From Acytostelium subglobosum (taxonomy: Eukaryota), in assembly GCF_000787575.1 (NCBI RefSeq), contig NW_012236516.1, positions 342,535 through 399,079 on the forward strand: 56,545 nt of DNA, given 5' to 3'. Below are positions 11,138-22,959 of the stretch, in pieces (the stretch's first letter is position 1; each line of letters starts with the position of its first letter). The notes beneath the pieces are model-generated. The model was not told the origin of the DNA, ran no database searches, and was given only the letters and a program-made list of their open reading frames with translations. Made by a program: the position numbers and the translations under genes.

Positions 11138-14100
11138 TCAGTGACAGTTGGTGCCAATCATAGAGCCTGATGGTGGTACACCTCCACTACCTCCACGTCC
11201 AATATTACCAAGGTAGTAGAGGTCATCATCAGTGAAGTATTTGAGATACTTGTCAATCATGGCCACCAGGACTGAACTACTTCTTAGAGGTTTCTGGATA
11301 AAGTCGTCCATTCCTACGTCAAAGCATTTCTCGCGGTCGCTTGGCGTGACATTGGCCGTCAACGCAATGACAAACGATCGTTTGTAACGCTTGTCAGTCA
11401 ACATAACCATGTTCTCGCGGCCCCTGATCAACTCGGTTGCCTGGTATCCGTCCATATCGGGCATGGTGCAGTCCATAAAGATGATTGGGTAATATTGCTT
11501 GGCTGATGCCTCCACTCCCTGCTTGCCATTCCACGCCACATCCACACGGTATCCAGCATCCTTGAGCATCTTTGTGAACACCTTGACGTTGACCAGGTTG
11601 TCCTCGACCAACAACACCTTGAACTCGGACTTGTTGAGCAGGCTACCTGCGGTTCCACCTCTTGGCGAGTTCTCGACAAACTCACGCTCAAGATGTGACC
11701 CGCGTTGGGACTTGCGAATGAACTCCTTCTGGCTTGAGTCGAGGTCCAGTAGGGGTATGCTGAGTCTTCGCGCCACTGACATGATCGAGGGTGATTGAAG
11801 CGCTTGGATTGATGGTGAGTGGTTGGGCGAGCGGATGGCCGTCGAGTTGATCACAGGTGATCCACGATCACGGTCACTCTTGCTGCGACTTGACATGGCG
11901 ACGGACACATCACCATCGTCCAGCATGGGTAGTTGAAACTTTGGTGAGCTGTTTGGACTGAATGCGCTGTCACTCGATGCTGTTAATGGACTGCTGCACA
12001 TGCTACTATTGTTGCTGTTGGTCTGTGGTGTCGACGACCCAGACATTGTTGGCGCCATATCCTGGCCACTTGAGTCATCCTTGATCATATCGAATGCACT
12101 CATCTTCTTGTCCAACTTGTTGTTTGAGTGACCATTCTCCTCATTCTTCTCGGGTGATGTACGTGGACTCCTGTTGATCTGGACTAGACCACGAGTGATG
12201 GCCACATGATCACTGTAACTCGAGTTCCTGTGTTGCACCAATGTCTTGCGTCTCTCAATGATGATTGGTGCGCCATGCATGAGTGGCGAGGTGGCCTTAG
12301 CCAATGCCAATGATGGACTGTTGCTATCATAGCAATCGGGTGATGTTGGTCGACAGGTCCTGTTGTTGGTGAGGAGGAAGTAGAGATCATGCGGGATTGG
12401 GATGCGTTGTAGACTGTACAAACACTCGACCACACTGGGCAACTGCAATGGCTTCCTGATTGAGTTTGCAATATAATGAATGATCGCACTCTCTTGATCG
12501 GGCCGTTCCATCACTGGATCAATATCCAATAGATCAAAGGACAGGTGTCACCTGCTGCATCCAGCTGTTGTCTGATGGTTGCCACTGTGGACGCTTGCAA
12601 CTCGGGTGTCAATATGATGTAGACATCCTGGCTGTTGACTGACCCATGTACCATGTCTTGGACCAGTGCCAGCAACTCATCCTCGCGGTGCAGTGGCATC
12701 ATATCAACCTTCATCATTGAGAAGTAGTTGATGGCAGAGTTGCACACGTTTGGGTTCTTGTCGAGGACGTAGCCCTTGATGCGTGAGCATACGAATTGTT
12801 CGTTGTTGGTGTGTACCAACACGCGATTGTTGGAGTTGTATAGTGAGAGTGACTGGCATAATGTGCCATGGGTGAGGCTGGCATGGTTGGACTGGAGGAC
12901 TGAAGTGAACCAGAATGTTGATCCATTGCCATATTTGCTCTGGACACCAATCTCGCCGCCCATCAGACTGCACAGACGTTTGGAGATGCTCAGACCCAGA
13001 CCCGTGCCTTGGAACTTCTTCTGCGAGCCGTCCAACTGAAGGAATGCCGTGAACAAGTTGTCGATCTGCTCCTCCTTGATTCCAATGCCCGAGTCCTCGA
13101 CTTCGAATCGAACTGTATGCTCCACGACCGATGAACTGAGTGTGCTAGCTGCCGATCTGGACAACTTTACACGAACAATAACATGGCCCTCAGGGGTGCA
13201 CTTGATTGCATTCGACAAGAAGTTGAGTAATATCTGCTTCACTCTATACGGGTCGCCAATCATCACGACAGGCACCTCAGGGTCGACCATCAATAACATT
13301 TCTAGTTCCTGGATTATTTGATTGAATAAGTGAGTGAATGAGTGATTGGAATTATTCCGGGTTTGATTGATGGATACATACCCTCTCTTGAGCTGTGCGA
13401 CAGACGATGTTCATGGTCTCCTCGAGCATGGTGATCATGTTGAACTCAATCTTTTGTAACTCCATTCGACCGGCTTCAATCTTGGAAAAGTCAAGGATGG
13501 CTGTGATGAGGTCAAGGAGGTAGTTGGCAGAATCCTTGATACAATTGAGGAAGTCGCGTTGTGTGTAGTCGAGCTGGGTGTTCTCTACAATCTCCACTGA
13601 TGCCAGGATACCATTGATTGGTGTGCGCACCTCGTGGCTGACCGTGGTGAGGAAGTTGATCTTGGCATCACTGATTGCCTCGGCCTTGCGCAGTGCCTGA
13701 TCGGCCTCCATCAACTTCTTTTGTGCTCTCGTGTCAATTATTGATAGGATACCAACATGACCTGATAGATGCTTGACAGTCTTGGCCTTGACTTGAACGG
13801 CAAAGTTCTCTCCCAATGTGTTGGTACCATATGTCTCGAATACCTCATCCTCGTTCATGTTGTTGGTGGATGTGTGGGATCCTGCGCGACCTCGTTGGCG
13901 AATCATACTTCTATCAAAGTCTGGCAAGAACTCCCAAATGGCAGCAGGCACTGGATATAATATTGACTCTTCAGTGACTTGGAACATCTTTTCAAATGTT
14001 GGATTGACGTCCATTAATATACCATCCTTGTGGATTATCAATGCCTCTGAGCTAATATTAAACAAACTTCTAACTCTCTGCTCCTTCTCTCCAGTCTCCT

Positions 14101-15191
14101 TTAAATCGACCGTTATCACATAACTATAACATAACAACAACAATGATGTTGGAATGCATACTATAATGTTTAGAGATACCTGTTTGATTGATTGAGAGAG
14201 TGATTGATTGAATGATTGGAATAGTTCAATAGAGAGAGTGATTGAGCGATTGAGTGATGGTGTCAGTGAATGGGTGATTGGAATGGTTCCATGATTGAGT
14301 GTTTGAATTAATGCTTACCAATTCAAAAGGTGCACTACATGCATAGTAGAGTACGATGGTCATGCTAACATTGATGACACAGAGGATGGAGAGGAAGATA
14401 CCACATACTAGGTAACTTGGGAAGAGGATGCTGGTTGTGATCAATGTGGTGATCATATTTGATAGGAAGAAGTTCTGGAATACTGATCGACTGATATGTT
14501 CAGCAACCTCTGGATTGGTATAATAATAGAATGCTGCTCCAATGCCCAGCGCCATCTGTATTGCCACATAAAGTAGTGATCTGACAATATGTAGGTGATA
14601 TCTAATGCATATTCCATTGACCAATACAATGAGTATTATTGCAGCTATGAACAGTGGATATAGATGTCCAGAAAAGTATGATAATATAATATAAACAATT
14701 ATGTGTGCCAGTGATAGAAGTGAGAGTAGCTGTGCACGACGTAGTGTTGACAGCTTGGTGTGCTGTGGTTGGCTGGACTTGCCTGGCATCAAGTATTGTC
14801 GCCAAACAATATGTGCCAGAAGTTTAGTTCGCATGACCAATGTGCTGAGCCATGTCCTGTCCTGACCAATGTTCTTATTTCTTGGTGATGACCTTGCTGT
14901 TGTTGAATCGTCGTTGGTAGTTGATGAATTTGAGAATGATCCGCTGATCTTTATCGAGTGTATATTGTTGTTGTTGTTGCCACTATTGTTGTTGTTGAAG
15001 TTGTTGGTGTTGCTGCTACTTGAATCGCTGGATTCACTTGACTCGCTGGATTCATCATTTCCAGATGTTTGAATGATTGTTTCCATTTTGATGTTGTTGA
15101 TGTTCCTGGCATCGAATGTGCTGCTGGAACTTGATCCATGGCTAACTCGTCCCTCATCATCATCATGGATATCTAAAGATACCATAGCCAT
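11138..15191 (-). CDS. Hybrid sensor histidine kinase with an N-terminal polytopic TM region, a PAS domain, HisKA, HATPase_c, a Ser-rich linker and a C-terminal receiver domain. Exons: 15191..14319, 14179..13381, 13308..~12552, ~12513..11138.
   Basis: ORF 14226-15191 has about 5 hydrophobic helices. The next exon begins VSLNIIVCIPTSLLLLCYSYVITVDLKE.. and carries a PAS domain and the H-box LTTVSHEVRTPINGILASVE. The third exon begins ELEMLLMVDPEVPVVMIGDPYRVKQILLNFLSNAIKCT and carries DSGIGI..GTGLGLSISKRLCSLMGGEIGV (the N, G1 and G2 boxes). The last exon reads KVLLVEDNLVNVKVFTKMLKDAGYRVDVAWNGKQGVEA..PIIFMDCTMPDMDGYQATELIR, a receiver domain with conserved Asp residues. Two introns (139 and 72 nt) have GTAAGC/GTATGT donors and restore the frame. 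The frame also changes near 12514-12551; see the finding on that span. Confidence 0.8.
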
Positions 15192-15251
15192 TCTTTATGA
15201 ATATGATTGATTGGAATATAGTATGTTGTATTTGTACAAAGTTAATTAATT

Positions 15252-15292
15252 AAATAATAAATAATAAATAATAAATAATAAATAATAAATAT
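15252..15292. repeat. (AAATAAT)n-type AT microsatellite in an intergenic region
   Basis: aataaataataaataataaataataaataataaat read directly from the sequence. Confidence 0.6.
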
Positions 15293-16573
15293 AATATATA
15301 GATTATACAAGGTATTTTGAATGATGGTCTAATAATGGAAGTTATTGTTATGTTGGTAGGAAGTACTTTGGATGGGTGGATAGATGTAGACCTTTTTAAT
15401 GACCTTGAAGGTAAGGCAGGCAGGCAGATATACACAAGACAGACTATATAATAATAAACACATAAATCTCGAGCGATTGTGATGTTAAAATAGGGTACTA
15501 GGGTCAATCACCCTATACTTATGCTCCTCTACTACTACTCCAAACTGTCAGTGTGCCTGTGTTGTTGGTTCGGTGTGTTTGTTATCAGCACGATCGAGGC
15601 AGACCGTCAGACTTGAATATGTTTGTTTGGGAAGTCAGTCCAAACTACTAACAATAGACACACACACACAGCTAAGTCATGAGATGTATGAAGAGGCTTA
15701 GTTCAACCTTGTGAGGTCGAGGTGTGTGTAGTTGTTTGATCATGTGAGTCGTGTGTGTGTATTTGTCGGTTGGCTATTCACCACACACACACACACATGG
15801 GCTTGGCAACGAGGTTTGACCTGATGGCAAGGGGTGGGGCACTGATTGAACCTGATGATGATGTTGTCCTTGCATGATCACATGACATTGAAGAGATCAC
15901 CTGTGAATTCACTCGTCTTTGTGTCTGTTCAAGGTCAAATTAATATATTGATTGGACAATCATATTGATTGGACCTAGCGGGGTCATCACGTGAATTCTA
16001 TCGCCATGCATCATACCTGGGTTCCAAAGAACCAAACATGTCCAATGGGACAATATGTCTTTACTACATCGGGATAGTCAGTCACGTCAAACTTGGAACT
16101 AGCTTCGAAGGTCCTAAGTGATTGATTGATTGGTAGTGTGTTGGTGAGTTGGAATCAATTTGATTGCTTGATAAGGACAAATGGAAGCGGTAGTAGTCCC
16201 AATCACCAAACTCTTACTTGTCCGATATCCATCCTGGATGACACGAATAAATAGGAGGCGGCGATATTGTCGCGCACGCTAAACAAAGATTATTGTGTTA
16301 TTGGATGAATGAATGAACGTCAATCCAATCACAATGATAAAGGGTGGCATCCTATCCTTTACTCTATTTGTTGTTGTCAATGTTGATAGGCAGGCAAGCA
16401 GACGTGAGGGAGATGGAGTCATTCAAACATGTTGTCACATTGCATAATGAATGATTGAATGAATGAATGATCATGCGGCCCCTTTGGAGTACCAAACAAG
16501 GAGTACGAGGAGGAGGAGGAGGAGGAGGATGGAAGAATGGAAGAAGGCGGTGTTCTTGTGCGATGTCCATTGA

Positions 16574-17209
16574 TCAGTCATCTTCATCAATCTCTGCTCT
16601 GTGAATGAGATCATCGTCTCCCTCGCGATATGATGCCGAGTCACTCTCGTCATCGTCATCTTCATTGTATTCGCCATAGTCATAGTAGTCTTGATGACAA
16701 TCTTCATCATCATCATGTTCGATCTGTATATGATAAATCAAAGTACAGCCACAATTCAAACAGTTGACGCCTCCACCTCTCGGCCTCTGGAATTCCTCAC
16801 ATCTCTTGCATCCTTCACAAGCATAGTCTCTTCCAAGTTGTTTTTCCTCTTTGTTGTTGTTGTTGTTATTTGATTGATCTGAGCTTGATACCAAGTTCAT
16901 ATCCTTAAAGTGTTGCTCCATATCCAGACCATGTTCATCTTCATCTTCTTCTTTTTTGTTGTTACGCCTTTGTTGTTCTAGTTCATGTTGTTGTTGAAGA
17001 TGTTGAAGATGTTGTAGATGATCATTGTATAACTTTATGATTTGTTCATTGTCCAGTGTCATAGCCTGTGGCAATGTTATATTATATTGACTTGATAGTA
17101 AATGTCTATCACGATTAGTGATCTTGCCAGTCTTTACAAGATTGACCAAGTGTAATAGTTGATCACTATTATTACTACAAATAGTATTACTTGTATTACT
17201 TTGTGTCAT
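16574..17209 (-). CDS. Small acidic protein (211 aa) with a C-terminal Cys-rich cluster that looks like a zinc ribbon or zinc finger; function unknown
   Basis: A single uninterrupted ORF that starts MTQSNTSNT... and ends in a run of Asp/Glu. The C-terminal part reads CEGCKRCEEF..CLNCGC..H..H..C, giving paired CxxC motifs. There is also a HLQHLQHLQQQHELEQQ coiled, Q-rich segment. Confidence 0.45.
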   Translation of the reverse strand: MTQSNTSNTICSNNSDQLLHLVNLVKTGKITNRDRHLLSSQYNITLPQAMTLDNEQIIKLYNDHLQHLQHLQQQHELEQQRRNNKKEEDEDEHGLDMEQHFKDMNLVSSSDQSNNNNNNKEEKQLGRDYACEGCKRCEEFQRPRGGGVNCLNCGCTLIYHIQIEHDDDEDCHQDYYDYGEYNEDDDDESDSASYREGDDDLIHRAEIDEDD

Positions 17210-17616
17210 TGTTATGTTAATATAATATCTTATTACACGTAATATACATCAGTGTATGATGAAGATGATGATGTTGACAACAAGGAATCTCAAAGAGTTG
17301 TTGGAGATAGATACTCATTCCTACCCCTCACCATTCGTCATATTTGCACAATGGATCGCGAGGAATCACTCACTCTCACCCCTTCAAGCCCCAGGCCCAC
17401 ACACCTAATTGACAACAATGCGGTCCAACAAACAAGTCCAACTCCTTAAGCTTCACACCGACTTGAACAACTTCCCAATTTATCACATAACATCATAATC
17501 ATTGTACTTATACAACAACTTATACTAACTTAACAAACCAATCACAATCATAATATATTTATAAATAGTATATATAATAATACATAACTATAAATATAAA
17601 TATATATATAACAAAC

Positions 17617-18464
17617 ATGTCAACAACAACAGCGTCAGAAATGAATGTTATGTCACCTACTGGATCATCGATTGCAGTGGCTGAGTTGGTAGAGACTACA
17701 GAGGAATATAGATCATTAATGGATCGTGCACAACTTGAGGACTTTAATGATATTGAGGCATTACAATGTTTCTTCCAGGTTGGCACTGACACTCATGATG
17801 GCTCACCAGTCTTCCTTCTAATAGGCTCATCACTACCTGTTGGCAAAGAAGGTCTAAACAAGCTGTTGGCCTACATGTGGTATGTACTACTATGTCCTTG
17901 TCTATCGACCCTATATTATACTAATATTGATTGATTGAATAGTAAACTACTTGAACCCATTGTAACAGGATCACAATATACTCTAGTATACTCACATCAC
18001 TTACTATCTGCTGATAGTACTCCAGATAGAGCATGGTTAATGAACACATATAACTTGTTACCAAGAAAGTAAGATGAAGACAATGAACGAATGAATGGAT
18101 TGACTAACATACATACATGCAAACCATTAGTTACAAGAAGAACTTAAAGAACATGTATATCATTCATCCTTCGACATGGCTGCGAATGATGTTCATGGCT
18201 TTGTCACCATTCATGAGTGAGAAGGTTTGGAACAAGGTTGTATACATTGATTATTTGCAAGAGTTGCCAAATACTTTGAACAAGGAGTTGATCAAGGATA
18301 AACTGCCAGGTGTTGTAAAGGTACATGACGTACAATTGCTATCACAGCCAGAGGTCGTAGAGCAGGTGGCCACAACAATGGAGACATTGGGCAAGGAGAT
18401 GATGTCATCGTTTGCCATGCCAACCTCTAGTCTATACGGCTCGTCCGATCCACAGAACTGGTAA
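17617..18464 (+). CDS. CRAL_TRIO_2 / BCH-like (BNIP2-Cdc42GAP homology) domain protein, 3 exons: 17617..~17878, ~17942..~18068, ~18128..18464
   Basis: The spliced product reads ...VFLLIGSSLPVGKEGLNKLLAYMCKLLEPIVTGSQYTLVYSHHLLSADSTPDRAWLMNTYNLLPRKNYKKNLKNMYIIHPSTWLRMMFMALSPFMSEKVWNKVVYIDYLQEL. This matches the divergent CRAL-TRIO consensus (YTLVYfH...WL...Y..LPrKykKNLK..YivHPt.w.k....l.pFis.K...Ki.Yv..L.eL). Exon 1 ends in a GTATGT donor and exon 2 in a GTAAGA donor. The phases are consistent. Confidence 0.6.
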
Positions 18465-18612
18465 ACTGGTCAGCTGGTGATGGTGTCGTGTCTGTCTCAA
18501 TTCGAATAAAGTATCTGTATAGTACAGTTATGATATGGTGCATCAATCGCGTCTGTTGGGATTTGGGATTGGAGTCTAGTCGTCGACGACTCCTTGGTCA
18601 ATCATTTATTGA

Positions 18613-18709
18613 TCACTCCAAGCAAGTGAGTTGTGGTTGTTGTTGTTGCCTCCTGGTCAACTCTTCATGTCCTTGTCTAGTCGAGTGCTGTTCATCTATC
18701 TGATGATCC

Positions 18710-18754
<45 letters not shown>

Positions 18755-19371
18755 ACATTGTCTCGATCTTTACTTTCACCAATATCTTCACCAGTACACA
18801 GTTGCTTCCTCTGCAACTGCTGTTGAAGCTGTTGACATTGAGCGACTGCTGTGACCTGTTGCAACAGTGTAGATTCGTATGACATCAACTGTGAGATGAA
18901 TCCACGATTGGGCTGAATGCAAGGTCTAATCGACTTGAGAAACTGGAAGCAATACATAAATGGTTTATAGAACAATGACATTAAATAACTAATTACAATA
19001 GTGGCTGATCGTGACACACCTGCAGAGCTGTGTACATTGGTTAGTAATGTGAATGAGCGAGGACATGAGACGAGTATGATGAGGACATACCAGTGAATGA
19101 GCACACCACCGTATCCTCTGCCCTTTTCAATGAAGGAGTGCGCTAGACTGAAATAGTTGTGGATCTCTTTCTTCTCTTCGTCCTCTATTTCAATGGAGAG
19201 ACATTCAAACTTCTTGTCTTTGTAGTTTGGAGGGTTGGTTGAGACTGACAGTACATGTGTAATGTTATGATCTTTAAGTTGATTGACACAGGAAGCAGCC
19301 TGTGCTGAGCCAATATATAGACGAGGCAGTACCTCTTGTGCATCGAATTCTTCGGCCAGGCAATCTGCCAT
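18613..19371 (-). CDS. Dual-specificity protein phosphatase (DUSP) with a C-terminal poly-Q tail, 2 exons: 19371..19091, 19028..18613
   Basis: LYIGSAQAAS..NITHVLSVS..ECLSIEIEDEE..AHSFIEKGRGYGGVLIH|CSAGVSRSATIVISYLM is the DUSP fold, with the HCxxGxxRS P-loop rebuilt across a 62-nt GTATGT..CAG intron. The ORF track shows the intron as HW|YVLIILVS...VH|SSAGVSRS. The tail carries 18 consecutive Gln residues. Confidence 0.8.
18712..18760. repeat. (GTT)n/(CAA)n perfect trinucleotide microsatellite of about 16 units, which encodes the poly-Q tract of the DUSP gene
   Basis: gttgttgttgttgtt... read directly on the plus strand. On the coding (minus) strand it is CAA repeated, giving QQQQ... Confidence 0.7.
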
Positions 19372-20316
19372 GTCCCAATATCCACATCCGCCCTATCATT
19401 ATTATTTGTTTGTATGTTAGTCAATTCATTCAATCATTCATTCATTCATTCATCTTTGTGAACCTACACTCATTTGTATAATCTAGACGTATCTGTCTCT
19501 GTCTCAATATCTCTATCTCTATCTATGTGTGTATGAATGAATAAATATATATGTGTTGAGTTCAACACGAATGACTCTTGACAGCGTTCGAGTGAGTGAC
19601 ACACTTCGCCCATCTTTTCAATTGGGTTCATGACGAATGTTGACATCTCTGAATTGCTCAACAATACAACATAATCAAAAAAAAAACAAACAAATAATAA
19701 GCACAGATAAAATACAATGTGCGATCAAAACAATCAAAATAAAGCAAACCATGTTGCCAAATAATAGGGAATGGGCAAAAACCTATGATCAAAAAAATCA
19801 ATCAAAGAGGTGCACGTTTTCAAAATATGTATTGGGTCGAATGAATGATTCGACCAAACATCCATTCATCACCACCAAACAAAACCATCCTACCTACCAA
19901 CCATCAATGTTTATCTCACTCACAAAGACACCCATCTAGATAAATGTTGTGTGTAAACTGGACAACCATCCAATCAGATGGGATCTTTGATGTGATCAAT
20001 GTGATCAGTCAGTCATTGAGCAAGGAGTGATGAGTGAGACGTTGCCCATCAAACACACACAACACACACAAACACATACATTTACATTCATCAATTATGA
20101 CAGCAGTAACGCTTCACATTGATTGAGTGTCTCCTAAGGGAGGAGGGACTTAGAGGTGATGGTCATCATGAATTGAAAGAACATCTATTCATTGATTGAT
20201 ATCCAATTCAAATAACATTAAGACATTCACATTATTTATTATCATTCATTCATTATTATAATTAATTAATTATTATTATTCGTCTTGTCATTGAATGTGA
20301 TCACATTGGTCCATAT

Positions 20317-22850
20317 ATGGATGAAGTGTGTATGAATACGATGAACAGTAACAACAACAATGTTAACAACAACAACATAAACATTGGATTGAGTAGTAGT
20401 AGTATCAACAATGTAAATAATATAATACCTCAACTTCAATCACCCAATGGCGCGGGTCCATCAACACCACCTCAGCCACTCATGATGACCTCACCAATAG
20501 TGTCGCCAGTCCACGTTCGTTTGAACAAATGTGCAATTGACACTGATGAGGAAGATGGTAAAGTATCTAATGGTACTCAAACTCAATGATGATTGGAATC
20601 ATTCCACTCACTCACACTCACACTCACACATGATCAATCATTCAACTCCAAACAGGCCCTGAGGACACAGTTGGTATTTCAATGTATGGAAATGGAATTA
20701 GAGCAACTAGTTTTGCAAGTGGAGTACTGGCAAGGGTCGTGGAGAGATATGATAATGATAGGACAAAGTTGATATTGTCTTGTGTGTCTGGCGGTGGCGT
20801 GTTGGGAAGTGCATTCTGTCAACGCGTCGCAAAGGAGAAGGCTCGCAAGAATCAAGTGTCTAGAGTGGATATATATAAAGGATTGGACGAGGACATGCGC
20901 AAGAACATTGCATACTGTGTCAACTTTGGAAGTGTGCCACGCATGCTTATGGACATCTTCATGATGATTGGCATGGTGGCGTTCCAGCTGGCACTGATCG
21001 GAATGACTGTGATCCCCTTCATCATGTTCCTGGTCGAGACCATGGCCACCTTCTACCACTATGTGCCCTCGGACAAGGTGTGGATACTGGCCGTGGTAGG
21101 CATCGGCCTGACAGTCACCATCTTTGCACTGTCCATCATCTTCAAAACGATTTCCGTGTACGGTCTGTACCGCGCGCCATTCATCATCTTCAACTGGTTC
21201 AAAGTGCTCACGTTCCTGTGCGCGCTGTTCACCGTGCTTGTGGGCAGTCAGGCCGGCATGGATCGCATCGAGACAGCGTTTGGTGACTGGGTGGCTGGCG
21301 CGATCGGCCTCTCAATCACAGCATTCTGGGCAATCTTCCGATTCCATCCATTCTTCTTCATTGAACAATGGATCGAGAATCTGATCAACTCGCTCACGGG
21401 ATACGTGGCCCTTCTCTCGATCTATGGCATCTTTATGAATTGGCGTCTGGGTGCTGTGGCCAGCGACACAAACTTGTTGTTTGGTCACATTATGTTCACG
21501 GATTACAGATGGTCCGTTGTACTGATCACTACAATCGTGTTGATTGGAGTGTATCCAGCAACGTCATACATCGCAGACAACCATATTCACGCGTTCTACA
21601 GATGGCGACTACAACGCGCCTTCTACAAGACTGATCACTCTGGCTTTGATGGTATCTTTGGCATCTATCCAGGAACAAAGTTCACACAGTTGGATGACAG
21701 CGCAACATACGTCAGCACAATGACCGCCAATCATTGGCAGCTGGACCCCGGCTCAAGCCCCATCTCCTCATTATCGATTGGCAAGTGGCTGCCAGGCATT
21801 GATACCAACCAGCCAACGAACGACATCAACCCACTCAATGAGATCAGGTACATGCGAGGCGAGACCAACGGCCTGAACACAAGTCTGCAGACGGGCTGGA
21901 TGCGTGACCTCGAGATCTCATTCGCGATGATCAACAGTGGCGGCTCGCTCACCTCGTCGTTTGGCTCGGACGCCAAGTTCAAGACCTGGGAGAACTTCTT
22001 CTCGCTGTTCAACCTGGGCTTTGGAACGTGGACCAACATGAACTACCAGAAGGACTTCAAAGCTCGCAGTGTCTACATCACTATGACTGGAATGATCCCA
22101 TTCCTCATCGCCATACCCCAATGCTTCGTCTCTGTTCGCTCGGACTACCCATGGGTCATCTGGATCCCTTGCGTGATCCTCGTGTTCTACTTCCTGATCG
22201 CCGATCACTGCCCCTCGCACTGGGCCTCCACCATGCAGAACCCAATAGTTCGCGTCTTCCGAGACTCACTCAGCGTGCCCATCGTCACTAAATATGGCGG
22301 TTACATCTATCTCTCGGACGGCAGCCACAGCGAGAACACCGGCCTGTTTGTCCTGCTGGCCAACAAGGCTATCAAGACGATCTTCATTGCGGATGGCTCG
22401 GAGGATGTGGATCGCGTCTGCTCAGATCTACGCAAGACAATCACAGAAGAGCGTGCATTTGGCTGGGACTTCTTCACGCAAGAGGGACACGACATTGAAC
22501 GCGAGTTGATTGAGTTCCAGCGCGATCGAACCGTACGCCACATCGCAATGAAGGCCATCAACGAGAAGGAAGGCCGACAGGTCAACATCTATTTCCTCAA
22601 GCCAATCGAGCGAGCCAATCGCCACGAGATCAGTGGTGTGGCATGTGAGTGCTGCCATGCCTCTGCCAACTGTTGCACATGCCTCAATGGCATGATCTCA
22701 TTCCCGGGCGACTGCTTCAACTACCTGTTTGGACGATTCCCCAACACATCATCCTACTACCAATTGTTCACACCTACCATGTACGACGCGTATCGCTCTG
22801 AAGGTGTGGCTGCGTTTGATTCAGTACAACAACTGAAGTGTAGCAAGTAG
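20317..22850 (+). CDS. cPLA2-type (PLA2_B, lysophospholipase-like) phospholipase whose Ser and Asp catalytic halves are separated by a multi-pass membrane domain. 2 exons: 20317..20557, 20656..22850.
   Basis: Exon 1 reads MDEVCMNTMNSNNNN...DTDEEDG and ends at a GTAAAG donor. Exon 2 reads GPEDTVGISMYGNGIRATSFASGVLARVVE..ILSCVSGGGVLGSAF, which parallels cPLA2 VAVLGSGGGFRAMVGFSGVM..YVAGLSGSTW (the GGGxR oxyanion motif and the nucleophile Ser, here in CVSGG). The Asp half is YIYLSDGSHSENTGLFVLLANKAIKTIFIADGSED, comparable to cPLA2 HVVDSGLTFNLPYPLILRPQRGVDLIISFDFS. Between the two halves lie about 8-10 hydrophobic helices, e.g. MLMDIFMMIGMVAFQLALIGMTVIPFIMFLV..VWILAVVGIGLTVTIFALSIIF..). Confidence 0.7.
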
Positions 22851-22959
22851 ACATCGTTGTCGTCGTTGTTGTTGTACCAATAATAAACGATGTTAAGTTA
22901 TGTTAAGAATGAACTTGTATTATGCTTGTTGAATGAATGTACAATTATAGTTGATGGCG

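Noticed and set aside
10769-11157. Minus-strand ORFs of 83-105 aa just downstream of the histidine kinase stop
   Set aside because: They have no start context and no motifs, and they lie in the probable 3' UTR or intergenic region. Low-complexity translation.
12514-12551. I considered treating the HK core and the receiver domain as two separate genes
   Set aside because: The receiver-frame ORF has no ATG near its 5' end and no promoter space. Hybrid kinases normally carry the receiver on the same polypeptide. I kept a single gene and flagged the junction.
19637-19939. A 100-aa plus ORF in the DUSP/PLA2 divergent promoter region
   Set aside because: It sits on an A-rich low-complexity stretch (K/N/Q-rich) with no codon-usage signal.
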